Positions 13,461 to 28,922 of a stretch of 64,000 nucleotides of DNA are shown here, piece by piece (the first letter of the stretch is position 1; the number at the start of each line of letters is the position of its first letter). Origin of the DNA: Eledone cirrhosa (taxonomy: Eukaryota); NCBI GenBank assembly GCA_964016885.1, contig OZ024747.1, positions 20,894,001 to 20,958,000 of the forward strand, read 5' to 3'. The notes under the pieces are model-generated. The model worked only from the letters and a program-made list of their open reading frames with translations, made no database searches and had not been told where the DNA came from. The position numbers and the translations under genes are program-made.

Positions 13461-14863
13461 ATTTAGTTATTTATTCCAAAGGAATCTTCGCTACATGAAC
13501 GAGAGACAATTTCCAGAAATTTCTTTCCTCCATGTATCGAAAATTCCTTTAGAATAAATAACTAATTTGGTCTTTGTTAACATCCAGGTCTTACTAAAAG
13601 CGCCGTTACCCATATCCGCTACTAATCCTCTATAGAATAGAATGCTTGTGTTGACATTCCACCGACCGCATTGGTCCAGTGAGATGAGCGCCTGACAGCA
13701 TTATTGAGGCAAAAAGAACAAACCAGTGGAACGCATCCCTTCTGTAAGAAGCCTGAAAGCAGGTGCTCCAATCTTCTCAGATGAAACTGGGGCAAGGAAC
13801 GGCATTAAGGAGATATTTTATTGCGAAAGCAATGTAGGCAATGTTGCCCAATATTTCAAAGTTATTTTTCGGTGAGACTATCCAACTAGCCAACCAGCTT
13901 TTATTCTCGTCCCAGTCATTAACACATTGAGAGATAGATGGAGCCATACTCCAATCAACTTAACAGGACCATCGGTTTAGCAACCCCCTATCTGGTAGTA
14001 CAAATACTTACTCTGCTATTACTTCGCCCCTACTTCAGGAAAGTATAATAATTGACTACTTTTGTTTAGGGTGTTTTGTAGGGGTTGTCAGAGAGTTTAT
14101 TTTTCTTTTCAAATTATACATTACTTTGTGCTTGTGAGCATACTATATCAGTCACTAAGGTGTGTATTTTACTTTTTACTGCTCAGATTATATCAAACTG
14201 TGTAAGTATTCTATAAAAAGCTTTTCACTCCTTCAAATTCCTGGCCTTATAACATTAGAATTCATTTTATTGTTGAATCGACAAACTTTATATTTATCAT
14301 TGGGCTTTGAAGCATATCTATCTTTCAGGAAACACCATCTCTTTAGTTGATTTAACCATTTATGCTTTTCTTGCACAATTTTCGAACAATAATCAATAAC
14401 TAGAGTAGGCCAGCTATTCTATGGTATATATATATCCCATTCTTACATGTTCATTTTCAACACGCAATCTATTTTCACTCGCATTCATCTGTCTTACAAT
14501 CATAAGTTATTTAGTAGCCATAGAACACTGCAACTGTGTTTTAATGATGTTTTTCAACTTGTCACACATTTATGCATCAAATAAACTTCAACGCATACAT
14601 ACCAGTTACGTTACAGTTCAGTTTATTTATTTTAGATTCTAAACCCCACGCCAACAATGTGTCTTAAAATGTTTAAACCTTAAAACCACGAAAGATATTT
14701 AATATAAATTGCGTAGCTATGAATTTATACAATCAAAGACACGTTAATTTTCTCAACACAGATGTGGCCTTACAGATTCTTATGCAACGGCACATCTGTA
14801 CTGTGAAAAACAACATGCCTTTAATTCTATAAATTCCTAGCTACGCAAATAATATTAAAAATC

Positions 14864-14912
14864 TTGTCTGATGACACTATTTGTTATAAATAGGCGAAAC
14901 TCGACTCAATAT
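14864..14912 (+). ncRNA. Degenerate minimal hammerhead motif
   Basis: TTGT-CTGATGA-cactatttgttataaataggc-GAAAC-TCGA-CTC-AAT. Stem II ctattt/aaatag is intact, but GTC is mutated to CTC. Confidence 0.5.
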
Positions 14913-15097
14913 TTAGCCTTAATGAAATAAATACATATATATATATGGGGGAGGGGGGTGTAGAGTAGGTGATTCAGTGAATTAGTGGTGGTGGTACTAA
15001 AACAAGCACTCTATACACAGGCAGAGTGTATATATTAATTAAAATAAAACGATGAAGTTTCATTTACATGTATTTAAATTTTTATTGTATATCGACT

Positions 15098-15183
15098 GTT
15101 ACACGCGTTTCGCAGAGCATTGGCTCAGGGTCACCCATAGGAGTTATGGACCCGACTCCATTACCGATCTGCTCTTCAGACTG
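15098..15183 (-). ncRNA. Type I hammerhead ribozyme
   Basis: Minus strand: CAGT-CTGAAGA-GCAGA..TCTGC-GAAAC-GCGT-GTA-AC. Palindromic loop 3, AATAAA just downstream, element bounded by (TA)n. Confidence 0.75.
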
Positions 15184-15210
15184 ATATATATATATGTGTG
15201 TGTGAGTGTA

Positions 15211-15254
<44 letters not shown>

Positions 15255-15290
15255 TACACTCACACACACATATATATATATATATATATA

Positions 15291-15342
<52 letters not shown>

Positions 15343-15348
<6 letters not shown>

Positions 15349-16052
15349 CATTATGAAGAGAGAAGAAACGTTAGATATAATTAGTAATAAGATATATCAT
15401 ACCTAAGCTGCTTCTATAGTCCCCGACTACGTAGTTTCGTGGCATATTATGCAAAAACACTACATCATAGAGATATAGAGTTTCTGCCGACAGTATGTGT
15501 CCGCATGTATCTCTGTGTTTCTCTATATATATTGTTTATAACTCCCTTTTGTCGTGTAACCTTTGAAGTGTAGTGACTGCTGGATAGCTACCATTACTCA
15601 TACTTCTCGCCTCCTCAAACCACCTCTTCTACGGCTTTGATATAAATACCCCCTCCGCCTCCGTGGTATTTTTTTCAGGGTTGTAAGGGGCTTAGCTCTG
15701 TTTCTTGACCGCTGTATCACGTGATTGACTCCCCCTCCGCCTTTTCGAGATTCTATCTCGCGCATCACAGACGTGTTTTGAAACCCTTAATGAGGTATCC
15801 TCTTGATAAATCGGCAGAACCTCACAAAAACTCTATATCTCTATGATGTAGTGATTTTGCATAATATGCCACGAAACTACGTAGTCGGGGTATTATATAT
15901 CTTATTACTAATTATATCTAATTTTTCTTCTCTCTTCATAATGTATTATATAGCTCTGATACTGAATCAGTCTAATCCATTCGGATTGGTTTGTCCCAGT
16001 TATTCATAGAGCAACATCGGTTGAGGTTGGTACCATTAACTCAGGGATATAT
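15343..16052 (+). mobile_element. pLTR-type element with 5' inverted copy (15343-15483 vs 15828-15951) and hammerhead 3' half
   Basis: GAAAC-TACGTA-GTC-GGGG at ~15873-15890 and its reverse complement at 15421-15438. Upstream core decayed (CCC-TTAATGA at ~15785). Confidence 0.7.
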
Positions 16053-16572
16053 GTGAATATATTCATGTGTATGTATGTGTCCGCATGTATCTGTGTGCTT
16101 CTCTCTATATATTGTGTGTGTATATATATATATATATATACTATAGAGTAAAGCATGTCCAGAGAATTATTTGATAATATATATACATCATCTCTACTCC
16201 CAATCACCATAATTAACCACACAAAAAATCAATTAGACCAGGCTATAAGAATAAAAGGCCCCTATGAAGAAACAGTAAATAAATACGCCACAACGGCGTC
16301 TTCGCGTACAACCGCTATAGAATATTTACCCAACATTTCAACAGCACGTGGAAATTAATTAAATATACGGTCAACCATACAAAATTAGGTAAAAATTAAT
16401 GTTAGAAATGCTTATATACATACCAGTATTTTGCTCTGATCATTTAATTTATTAATTCTTCATTGAGCCACATCGTGAATAGTTGCCAAAACACATATAT
16501 ACCTGTGACTTAGTTTAATTGGTGTATGTGTAAATATTTATATTATATATATATATAATATAAATATTTACA

Positions 16573-16681
<109 letters not shown>

Positions 16682-19179
16682 AGGGGGGGGGGGTATTTGA
16701 GCGTTCTGACTTTTGAATCGGGGTGATGTGAGCCAATGTTATATAATTCAGAATTGCGTTTGGATTAATAACCCCTACCCTAATTTCTATATTTATTGAT
16801 TTCCAAGTGGAACTTAATCTATTCAACCAATACTTTTAGATATTGCCAATCCTTCATGTACGCCAAAGTTTCTGCTTTTGAAACATACTCTCTATCCTTT
16901 TCACTCCAATCCAAATTTATTTTCCCACTCATTTTACATTCTTTCTCAATTCCTCACCTATTCTGTCCATCAGTGGAACAGTAAAGAACGCGCTGTGGTT
17001 TCCTAGTTTGAAAGCACTTAACCATTTTATAATATTCGTTTATCTGAAGAAACTACATTAATCTTGAATAAGGAATAAGTTGTTCCTTTACCTTCCTAGC
17101 TTTCAATGCTATTTTCTCTAATATTTTCCATAACCTAATTCCCATAACCACATTTTGTTCACTTCTAATTGTTTGATTGTCATTAGCTTTCGGTCTGCAC
17201 CTATTCTTGAATCTTTCAAGACTGACGATTTCTTTTATGGTTCTTTTCTCCTCTATCTATAGTTATATATTTCATTTACTGTTACAGCAATCAATTGCTT
17301 AAAACGTGTTTTGTTTTTCTACACCGTTTGCTTCCTTTTCTGTTATAACAAAGTCGATGTTAAATATATTCATGTTCTGTCTTCTAAAGTGTGTGGCTTT
17401 TGTGTTTGTTTCAGTTATTTCCAATTGAAGTCACTGATTTATAGAACTACCTCTATTCTAATATTACATTGCCTCTTTGCTTTGATTCTGTTTATTTATT
17501 TATTATTTCCCTGTAGCTCTGGTATAGATTTACGTCACTTGTTTGTGTCAATGTATTTGTGGAAGAATTGGACGACTTGTATAAGTATCTCCCATTTGTC
17601 ATAACATATTTATTCGCCTATTTTAACATCTTCAGCACATAAGCTCCTTTCTAGGGTTTAACAATAATTTTTGCCTACCGCATGCTATTAGATTCTTAAG
17701 AATCTAATAGCTTGTTGTCCTATATAGGTCCGTAGCCTTAACAATCCAATCATGAGAGTAACCACCAAAAGGTATTTATAAGATATCCACATCGTATTCA
17801 TTAGTTAACAGTGATTTTCTGAAGAATCTATAAGCATTCTCTTACCAAGAACCACAAATGGCTATGCATTGAACATCAATTGATAAATCCACCTCTCTTG
17901 GTTTACTGCCCACTTTCTTACGATTCTCACACTACACACATGCAAATATCACACACGCACACACACATACACACACAAACACACACACTATACACACACT
18001 ACATATATACACACACATGCGTGCATAGAACATGTCTTCCAGTCTCTCACCTTAATATTATCTATGTCTCTATCATTAGTACACAGTCACCAACATACCT
18101 TTCCCGGGCACTCAAACCGAACAAAGTACACGCTCCCATTGCTCAAAAATATTGTACTCCTAAGCTAGCACCAATTTTCTCTAAATGATTGAAGTTTTCA
18201 TGCATACTGAAATATATTCCAATTCACAGAAATTCTCAATCAAAAGTGGAATCACTTTGTATCTGCTAAGTATTGATCTATCACTCTCATTGCTAATATT
18301 TCAAAGATGGTGGTGACAGTCAGAAACTAACACCCACTCTCACTTCCTTCACAAGTGATCACCAACACAGTTTCTGTGAAACCAAGTCAATTAAACACTT
18401 GCACTAATATGTCATACACAAGTGTTCTCTTTTCTTGGGAATTTCAACGAAACCAATTATATTTTCCTTAATAACAACAACACTTTTGACTGTGTTTGGC
18501 AGGAAAACCTTCAAGGTTATTCCTGTGCCAGGTACCATACGTCTTTTAGTGTTTAATCATATCATTACATACAGAGGGGACTGATAGAATCTCTCGAGGC
18601 TCAATTATATTTTATATGTCAATGACTTTCTTGCCGTTGTTTATAACAACCACAGGATAATATTCCTCTTCAAACCTTTATTAACTCTTCAACAAACAAT
18701 CCAGATATCTTACGCAACGTATGCAGTGCTTCCGGCAACAAATATCTCTAAAACCATCTCAAATAGATACATGTCAGCCTTGCCTTCTATGACAGTACTA
18801 TAATTCAATAACACCTAAAAGCGATTACGGCTGATTGACCATAATTAACTACCAATTACTACAATGCTGATTCCTTTATCTAATTTATCTGTACTTCTTT
18901 TGTAGTTTATGGGTCTCTGAAGTAACATGTCGTACAGCCATAATCACACGATACATTAATTTCTCTTCCATTCCTGATTACTGTCTTGTTTCATCTACTA
19001 TATCCCTTACTCAAGACTTTTCCCAATCTTTCCTTCTCAGAACTACAGTCTTATTGAATCATTTCCTAACTACGTGTTTCGCCTACAGAAATCCAATCTG
19101 AGCACCAACTATTCTGGGAGGACTTTTACAGATTTGAGCACCAACCTTCTTAGTTTGAATAAGTTAGAGATTAATAGTG

Positions 19180-19575
19180 GATTCTAATTTAATTTAAGCA
19201 CAAAGCCAGCGAATTTAGGGGACAGGGGAAAATTTGTGTAAATCAACTCTAGTATTCTACTTGTACTTTATTTATTGACTTCGGAAAGGTGAAAGGCAAA
19301 ATTGACCCCAGAAAGATTTGAACTTAGATTGTAAAGGGTCGTAACTAAATGCCACAAAATATTGTAACCGACGCGCTAACGGTTCGGCCAAACCACCGAT
19401 GCCCTATTTGTAGTAAATACAAGGCAGCGAATTGTCGTAAGCGTTAAAGCATATAACAAAACTCCTTGGATTTCATATGGCTCTTTGTGTTATGAGTTCG
19501 AATTCCACTCTAGACAACTTTGCCTTTCATTTTTCGGCATATATTTAAAAGTACCAGTTTAGAACATGGGACTGG
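19180..19575. mobile_element. Two diverged SINE copies in opposite orientation
   Basis: gtactttatttattgac..gaaaggcaaa on one side, and gagttcgaattcc..tttgcctttcat..gtaccag on the other. Confidence 0.65.
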
Positions 19576-19949
19576 TGGAATCGTTATAATGCACGACGAA
19601 ATTTGCATTCTGAGTTCAAATCCCGTCGTGGCCTACATGTCGCCATAGAAGAATTGTACCTCCTTTCGAAGAATTGTATCTCCTTTATTTACACACTGGT
19701 ACTTAACTAAGGACAGCGTTCAAACTTCTGGGGGCAAACAATACGTGATGGTGATGGTGATGATGATGATGATGATGACGACGACTGTATCTATGGTGGG
19801 GTGTTGTGGTGGGGGTGGGGGTGTTGTAAATACAGTTAAGATCCTGCATTCAATCAGTATTTAATCATATTCATTACTGATGTTTTCTTCTATCGACATT
19901 ATAAACAATCTTTTCTTGTCAGATAATACGAGATTGAAGTTGGAAGTCT

Positions 19950-20600
19950 TCGATAATGTTATCAAGCGTTTCTGCTAGATATTTATGCAGTGTTTGAAGG
20001 TATTCATTATTTTAAGACAAAGGCTCTCCTGGTATCCATCCTTATAACTCCCCAGTTTCCTATGTCTCTTAGTGCACATTATGTATCTTCCTGTTTCTAT
20101 TTCACAGTGTTTACTCAATTTTATCCCTATGCTAATTATCCCACCAGGTTCCTTTGTCATAATTTCCACAAAATGAAGCGACACTTTTATATTTCTTTGG
20201 ATTAACAGTGTGCCAAATAGCTTCCGTTTTGTTTCAATTCTTTATTTTTATTTACGGTGTTTGTGTGTTTATTCTCTCACCACCTTTTCTTATTTCCTGA
20301 GTCTTAGTTTGTATTTGCTGTTATAATTGTTTTTCTTTAGCAACACCACATTTCTTTCAGTGGCTTCAGCAGTTTTAAATATATTCCATTTTCATTAGCT
20401 ATGAATAAATTCTGATTTTCAACTTCTGAGATTACAGATAGCTCATTCATCATCCTATTAATTTTCTTCGGTATTTTCATCTCCCATTGGTGACTTGATT
20501 TTGTAATTATTGATTTACTTTTTAACTTTATATTATATTCTTGCATATCTAATTATCATCAAAATAAAATTTCCTATTATTAATAATATTAATCCTGGGA
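19950..20600 (-). pseudogene. Probable decayed Dong-type LINE N-terminal remnant
   Basis: HQWEMKIPKKINRMMNELSVI resembles STWQENINRQINLLRSDIEIL of the 46088-48451 ORF. Confidence 0.35.
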
Positions 20601-20694
20601 GTTTTCTTTTTAATTTTTATGCCTTCTTTTCTGTTTTTATTTTGTATGTGTGAGAGTGTGTGTGTGTATGGGTGTCCATGTCTGTGTGTGTTGC

Positions 20695-20733
<39 letters not shown>

Positions 20734-20987
20734 TTTTTTCTCCGTTTGTCTGTACTATCATGTGTCGTCACATTTCATGGGCATAACGTTTATTTGTTTT
20801 ATTTTTTATCTGTGACTTGCCTTTCGAAATTTTTTCTTTTTTCTTTTTTTCTTTGGGGTGTGTATCACAGTTGCTAAGTTTGAATTATAATTTCTTTCTA
20901 TTAATCCTAGTATTAGAAGAAGGGACCAGTGATATTGATTATTCATTATTAAAACGCTCGATGTTTACATATATATATATATATGTA

Positions 20988-21044
<57 letters not shown>

Positions 21045-21125
21045 CACATATATTTAAGTTAACGAGGTATCGTTTAAAGCAATCCAATACTTCGAATACA
21101 CCCGTGTTATTCTTCACTCCTTTAT

Positions 21126-21280
<155 letters not shown>

Positions 21281-22544
21281 TACCCGGTATATTTTTGTTA
21301 TAAATTATGATATGATTATTTTATGTGTATGTTTTGAATTTACTAGGTCTAGACTTTGTAATGGAGTATTCAGATATTCTACGCAACGAGGCAAATAAGA
21401 GTTGACTACATCCCTATTTGCTTGTATTTTATTGAGACAGAGGGCTATTATTAACACATATAAAAAATATAATTCTATTCAAGCATGTTAAACATATTTT
21501 ACAAAGGATTGTAAGCCCTGTTGAAAATTTGAGATTAGCAAATTTGCATATTTAATTAGATATGTGACTGGTTGATGTTTTTAAACGATACAATTTAGCA
21601 CAAATAACTAGAATATTTGACCAGTGTGCAATGTACAGAACATATTTTATTTATAATAACTAATGTTGATTAGTTGAAAATGGTCCGTCTTTGATCATCG
21701 GATGAAATCATTTCAATGAAATCTGCATTCTCAATAGATCGTTCTACGAACGCACAATAAATTTTTGGTTTGATTTGTTCCAAAACTGAAAGAAAAACTA
21801 ATTGTAAAAAGGATGTTTTTTAATGAATGTATACACAGGGTTCATCCTTCAAAAGTGGCTTTATATCTTCACCGCTATATGCTTTTGAATTTATATATTA
21901 TATAGAAATTCTTTGGGGCTCACAGCGTTCTCCCGTGAAAGGTTTTGCTATATATTAAAAGAATTTCAATGAAGATAAATCTAGAATACATTGACCAATA
22001 TACATAATATTTTCATCAATGAATGCTATTGCCTAGATATTTCAGGTGCGCGTAAATTCTACATGCTCCATGTATTTGAATCTTTGGTGTGCTCTGCCCA
22101 ATAAAGGTTTTAAATATGATACAATTTTATGTTTATTAAGAAGACGACGTTGACATTGTTCATTTGTATTCTAGAATTATCTGTTGCCCACAATTAACCA
22201 ATGTTTTGGGGAAGGACATGCAAAGCATATTCTTCCAATATTCCAGAAACTTGAGTGAAATATTGTCTTTCCAATATATCAAAATTTCTCCCATAAGAAT
22301 TTTTATGGCCATTTCTACTGATGTTTTATAGGGTACTCCGGTTTTATTACTTTCAGGTGATATATTTCTATAAATGTATCCGTGTGATGTATGGATTACA
22401 TAAACAAAAATTGTGTAGGTTTTCGGTATGGCGATTTACAATCGCAACTAATTAAAGACGACACTCAGTGTAACTGCATATAGATAGGGAATGTTTCATA
22501 GTTTTTCCATTTTCTTGTATTCTGTGTATCTCTCTCTCTCGCTA

Positions 22545-22890
<346 letters not shown>

Positions 22891-22996
22891 TATATATATA
22901 TATTACGTTAACTATTTTCCCATTTTGACGCTATAGTCACTTATATATATTATGGAATACTGTTGGCTTCTTGCTACAATGATTTCTATACTTTTC

Positions 22997-23034
<38 letters not shown>

Positions 23035-23268
23035 TTATGACTTCTACATGACTAGTACTGTTTCATTCAAATTAACCATATTTGAATATATATTTCAGCA
23101 TCTGTGTAAATAACCCTCTGTCTCAAGAAAATGCACACAAACAGGGTTGTAGTTTAACAGATATAGTCCAGTAGAAATCATTTCTCTATATAATAAAGAT
23201 ACCTACACTCTGCCAATATATTCTGTACCGTTTTTAACTGTGGTTACCCCGAGTACAACTCAGGAATC

Positions 23269-23272
<4 letters not shown>
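23035..23272 (+). mobile_element. Diverged family A mini-element
   Basis: cttctacatgactagtactgtttcattc...tagtccagtagaa...actctgc...ctgtggttacccc matches 5089-5284. Confidence 0.6.
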
Positions 23273-23331
<59 letters not shown>

Positions 23332-23635
23332 AACGTCAATAGAATAAGAAGAAACAAGTTGCAGTAGGTCATTAATCCATTGTTTTTTTGTTTGTTTTTG
23401 GGGGGTTTTTGATTTTTTCGTTTCAGAGAGCAAAAATATCGATGTGCAGACTAATGATAGTTTCTAAAGACAGATAGCACATGTGTTCTTTTTTAGGGAT
23501 GGGGTAGCCTGGCTAACACCGATTTGCCTGGACTTCTCTGCACAACAATAACTTTGCTTTCTGAATCGATCGTAAACCACCTTGGCTTTTATACTGTCAC
23601 TGTTTAAAATCGTATATACATATAGTCCCGTCAAC

Positions 23636-23728
<93 letters not shown>

Positions 23729-23731
<3 letters not shown>

Positions 23732-24045
23732 TTATTGGGGCACCCACTGATGAATTATAGGAGCCCACTTGAATATATATCTATTGATGGTATACAAACT
23801 CCTACATAAATTGGTATAATTTCACCCAAATTGTAGGAATCCTATAATGAAACGGGACGTCCGTCTGGGAAGAGATATATTAGATATGTCTCATTTGAAA
23901 TAATACAGCCAATTTTCCACGCAATACTTTTAGTTAGCACCCCGAACACATAATTGGGAATATAATCACTTATTTCCTAATGTTTGTTGAGTGAGTTGGA
24001 ATTTGGCCGGAGTATCGCTAAAAAGCTTTCTCCGATATTGTATTT
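23729..24045 (+). mobile_element. Hammerhead-bearing pLTR-type element (family B) in (TA)n
   Basis: Flanked by (TA)n on both sides; homologue of 7546-7860. Confidence 0.85.
23743..23869 (+). ncRNA. Type I hammerhead ribozyme (family B), canonical core
   Basis: CCCA-CTGATGA-ATTATAGGA..TCCTATAAT-GAAAC-GG-GACGT-CC-GTC-TGGG. All three stems pair. Confidence 0.9.
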
Positions 24046-24149
24046 ATTTATATATATATATATATATATAGGAAAAGAGTCAGGACACCGGCGGCTGAGC
24101 TCCGGCCGTTTCGACAGTATATTGAGCGTTGCACTTGCCATGAACGGAA

Positions 24150-24181
<32 letters not shown>

Positions 24182-24199
24182 AAAAGAATAAATATAATA

Positions 24200-25830
24200 G
24201 GACCCTGCAAACATTTCTACTAGTAACAAGAAACTATTGAAAATCGACCGACTGAATAAACGAATCTATTCAGTAGCAGAAGTAATATCGAGGGAAATCA
24301 GATTTAATCCTAGTAGAGATAAACCCCCAGCCAAGCCTCACATCCACAATGAAAAGAAGTTGCAGCACATAAAATTAAGAAAAACAAAGACGTGTTTTGT
24401 GGACCTCAAAAAGAGGGATCTAAAATGAAAAGGATAAAAGGAACTAAATAACTAAAGAAAAAAAAAATTCACATCAATATAAAAAGAGGATACTGCGGAA
24501 GTAAAAGACAAACGCAAACAAAGAACTGCAGCAAGGCTTCTTCAAAGAAAAGAAAATAGTTCCAAACAAAAACCAAACGATTTTACAAAGTCATCACCAA
24601 AAGAATTACCTTACATCTGAAGACATACCAACCCCAATGGAAAATCAGACATATTACGAGGGAATATAGTGAAAATAAAATCGAAACAATAGAAATGCAC
24701 AATGGATAAGTGTAGAAAAAGGCACGATACCACGACAAGTAAAATCCAAAATAAATTACTGTAGACCAGAGGAAAAAAATACATGATAGTTCCATAAGAA
24801 AGATCCACCTTTTACAAGAATTACACTGACACATTAAGAACTATGAGGAGTTAGAAAGTGCCAGGAATAGATATAGTTCACATCTGGAAGGAAACACCTG
24901 ATTAGTAACAGCATTTAATGATATGATAAACAGACCAGAATAGACACATGATTAGATGTATATGTGTGGCGGGAGGATCAAGTTAATTACTCAAAACAAA
25001 AACACCATATGCCCACAAGATAATAGGCTTGTAACACGCCTACCAATAATATATAAAGCCCTCACATGTATAACATACAAACGGTTGGTTACACATTTGG
25101 CAAATAATGGTTTCTTATATAGGCACAAGGCCAGCAATTTTGGGGGAAGGGAAAGTCGATTAAATCAACCCCAGTGCGTGACTGGTACTTTATTTTATCG
25201 ACCACGTAAGGATGAAAGGCAAAGTTAACCTCGATCATAAAGGACCGTAATTCTATGCTGCAAAGCATGGCGTCCGACTTTCTACTGATACTGCCAATCC
25301 ACCGCCCTACACTTGGCAAATAATAATTTCTACTATAGGCACAAGGCCAGTAATTTTGGGGGAGGGGAAAGTCGATTAAATCTACCCCAGCACGTTACTG
25401 GTGCTTTATTTTATCTCTGTGGTGATCTCTCAGCCACAGAAACGTTGTAGTTGATTTCTCAGTCACAATGACATGTAAGAGGTGATCTCTCAGTCAGAAT
25501 AACATACCACCGTTGATCTTTCAGCCAAAATAATTGTTTTTACCATTGGCACAAGGCCAGCAATTAATCAGTGTACTGCTGGTACTTTATTTTATCGACC
25601 CTGTAAGGATGAAAGGCAAAGTTAACCTCGACGGGATTTGAACTCAGACCGTAAAGGGACATAACTCTATATTGCAAAGTATGGTGTCCGACTCTCTAAC
25701 GATACTGCCAATCCACTGTCCTTGCACTTGGCAAATAATAATGTGTTATCTGAAAAGAAATGGGGCTTAAAAGATATGTATGAGTGTTAGAAGCAGCTAC
25801 TGGTGAATCAAGCTATTATAGTAAATTGTA
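24200..25830 (+). pseudogene. Decayed Dong-type RT remnant interrupted by SINEs
   Basis: GRIKLITQNKNTICPQDNRLVTRLPIIYKALT..THLANN, then after the SINEs NNVLSEKKWG..KQLLVNQ. Matches GITFLLPKNDETNNPKNYRPITCLTTMYKILT..EQKGC..KDQLLVNK. Confidence 0.7.
25104..25721 (-). mobile_element. SINE cluster (25104-25307, 25321-25415 partial, 25529-25721)
   Basis: Family consensus. Target sequence ttggcaaataat occurs three times (~25097, ~25313, ~25728). Confidence 0.88.
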
Positions 25831-26085
25831 AAATGGGAATAATAAATCACAGATTGGCCTTGTTTCACCACAGGAATGCATTTCACACTTCTAGCTGCTG
25901 GAGTAATTCCACGTAAATAAAGGAGATGCAATACTACTGAAATAAACCATGCCATAAAAATATGCAAAACTAACCTATTATAAAACAAAATAACAGACAA
26001 TCCAAATCAGTCACATATCCAAAAGAAGAGAAATTTTCCAAGGGTACAGGCTACCCCCGGTGCATCCCCGAAGACACGGCATTAA

Positions 26086-26264
26086 CTGGCAGTATCGGTA
26101 GAGAGTCGGACACCATGCTTTGCAGCATAGTTACGTCCCTTTACGATTTGAGTTCAAATCCCGCCGAGGTTAACTTTGCCTTTCATCCTTACGGGGTCGA
26201 TAAAATAAAGTACCAGTAATGTACTGGGTTTTTACTGGCCTTGTGCCAAAAGTAGAAACAATTA
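26086..26264 (+). mobile_element. tRNA-derived SINE
   Basis: Family consensus. Confidence 0.9.
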
Positions 26265-26344
26265 ACATTTCTGTCAAATCTGCTTCTACATGTCGGCATA
26301 CTATGCTTAGTTTGCCATTCATTCATATATAATGCATGCATGCG

Positions 26345-27830
26345 TACACACATATGAACATGAATACGTACATACATACGTACGTACATATATACAAACA
26401 TACGTACGTACATACATACATACTTACACATATGAACATGAATACGTACATACATACGTACGTACATATATACAAACATACGTACGTACATACATACTTA
26501 CACATATGAACATGAATACGTACATACATACGTACATACATATATACAAACATACGTACGTACATACATACTTACTTACACATATGAACATGAATACGTA
26601 GATACATACGTACGTACATATATACAAACATACGTACGTACATACATACATACACATATGAACATGAATACGTACATACATACGTACGTACATATATACA
26701 AACATACGTACGTACATACATACTTACACATATGAACATGAATACGTACATACATACGTACGTACATATATACAAACATACGTACGTACATACATACATA
26801 CTTACACATATGAACATGAATACGTACATACATACGTACGTACATATATACAAACATACGTACGTACATACATACATACACATATGAACATGAATACGTA
26901 CATACATACGTACGTACATATATACAAACATACGTACGTACATACATACATACACATATGAACATGAATACGTACATACATACGTACGTACATATATACA
27001 AACATACGTACGTACATACATACATACACATATGAACATGAATACGTACATACATACGTACGTACATATATACAAACATACGTACGTGCATACATACATA
27101 CACATATGAACATGAATACGTACATACATACGTACGTACATATATACAAACATACGTACGTACATACATACATACACATATGAACATGAATACGTACATA
27201 CATACGTACGTACATATATACAAACATACGTACGTACATACATACTTACACATATGAACATGAATACGTACATACATACGTACGTACATATATACAAACA
27301 TACGTACGTACATACATACTTACACATATGAACATGAATACGTACATACATACGTACGTACATATATACAAACATACGTACGTACATACATACATACTTA
27401 CACATATGAACATGAATACGTACATACATACGTACGTACATATATACAAACATACGTACGTACATACATACTTACACATATGAACATGAATACGTACATA
27501 CATACGTACGTACATATATACAAACATACGTACGTACATACATACATACTTACACATATGAACATGAATACGTACATACATACGTACGTACATATATACA
27601 AACATACGTACGTACATACATACATACTTACACATATGAACATGAATACGTACATACATACGTACGTACATATATACAAACATACGTACGTACATACATA
27701 CTTACACATATGAACATGAATACGTACATACATACGTACGTACATATATACAAACATACGTACGTACATACATACTTACACATATGAACATGAATACGTA
27801 CATACATACGTACGTTACATACATAGAAAC
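26345..27830. repeat. Minisatellite array, 74/78-bp unit, about 20 copies
   Basis: Unit tacacatatgaacatgaatacgtacatacatacgtacgtacatatatacaaacatacgtacgtacatacatac(atac)t. catatgaacatgaa recurs every 74 or 78 bp. Confidence 0.97.
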
Positions 27831-28124
27831 ATACATACGTACATACTTACAAACATACGTACGCACATACATACAACAATACATTTATACATACGTACAT
27901 AGATGCATACATAAATGCAAAACACGTATGCTGTATATATGTGTGTAGAAGGAGGTGTGCATGCACATGTGTATATTTGTGTATGTGTATATATATATAT
28001 ACATATCCGATATTAAAAATCATTTGTTTAATATCGTATATCTACTCCAAAAACTTGTCGAGTGCTTTATATCAGTTATATAATATTTACTTGTTGTAAC
28101 CCAACAATTTTAAATAAAACTTTT

Positions 28125-28126
28125 GC

Positions 28127-28203
<77 letters not shown>

Positions 28204-28257
28204 TACATAAATATATATATATACATACATAAATAAATATATACATACATAAATAAG

Positions 28258-28355
<98 letters not shown>

Positions 28356-28434
28356 TACATAAATATATATATATGCATACATAAATAAATATATACATAC
28401 ATAAATAAGTATATATATATATATGTATATATAC

Positions 28435-28533
<99 letters not shown>

Positions 28534-28598
28534 TATATGCATACATAAATATATATATACATACATAAATAAGTATATATATATATATGTATATATAC

Positions 28599-28691
<93 letters not shown>

Positions 28692-28780
28692 CATAAATAT
28701 ATATATATATACATACATAAATAAATATATACATACATAAATAAGTATATATATCTATATCTATATATACATAAATATTC

Positions 28781-28847
<67 letters not shown>

Positions 28848-28922
28848 TACATAAATATATATATATACATAAATAAATATATACATAAATAAATAAGTGT
28901 ATATATATAAATGTATATATAC

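Noticed and set aside
16850-19170. Possible decayed LINE on the minus strand
   Set aside because: Higher-complexity sequence, but no motif I could identify with confidence.
21400-22460. Possible decayed DNA-transposon coding region
   Set aside because: No recognisable transposase motif or paired TIRs by eye.
26345-27830. Regularly spaced array resembling CRISPR, and its 245-297 aa ORFs
   Set aside because: Units are contiguous and identical with no unique spacers, there are no cas genes, and the context is eukaryotic.
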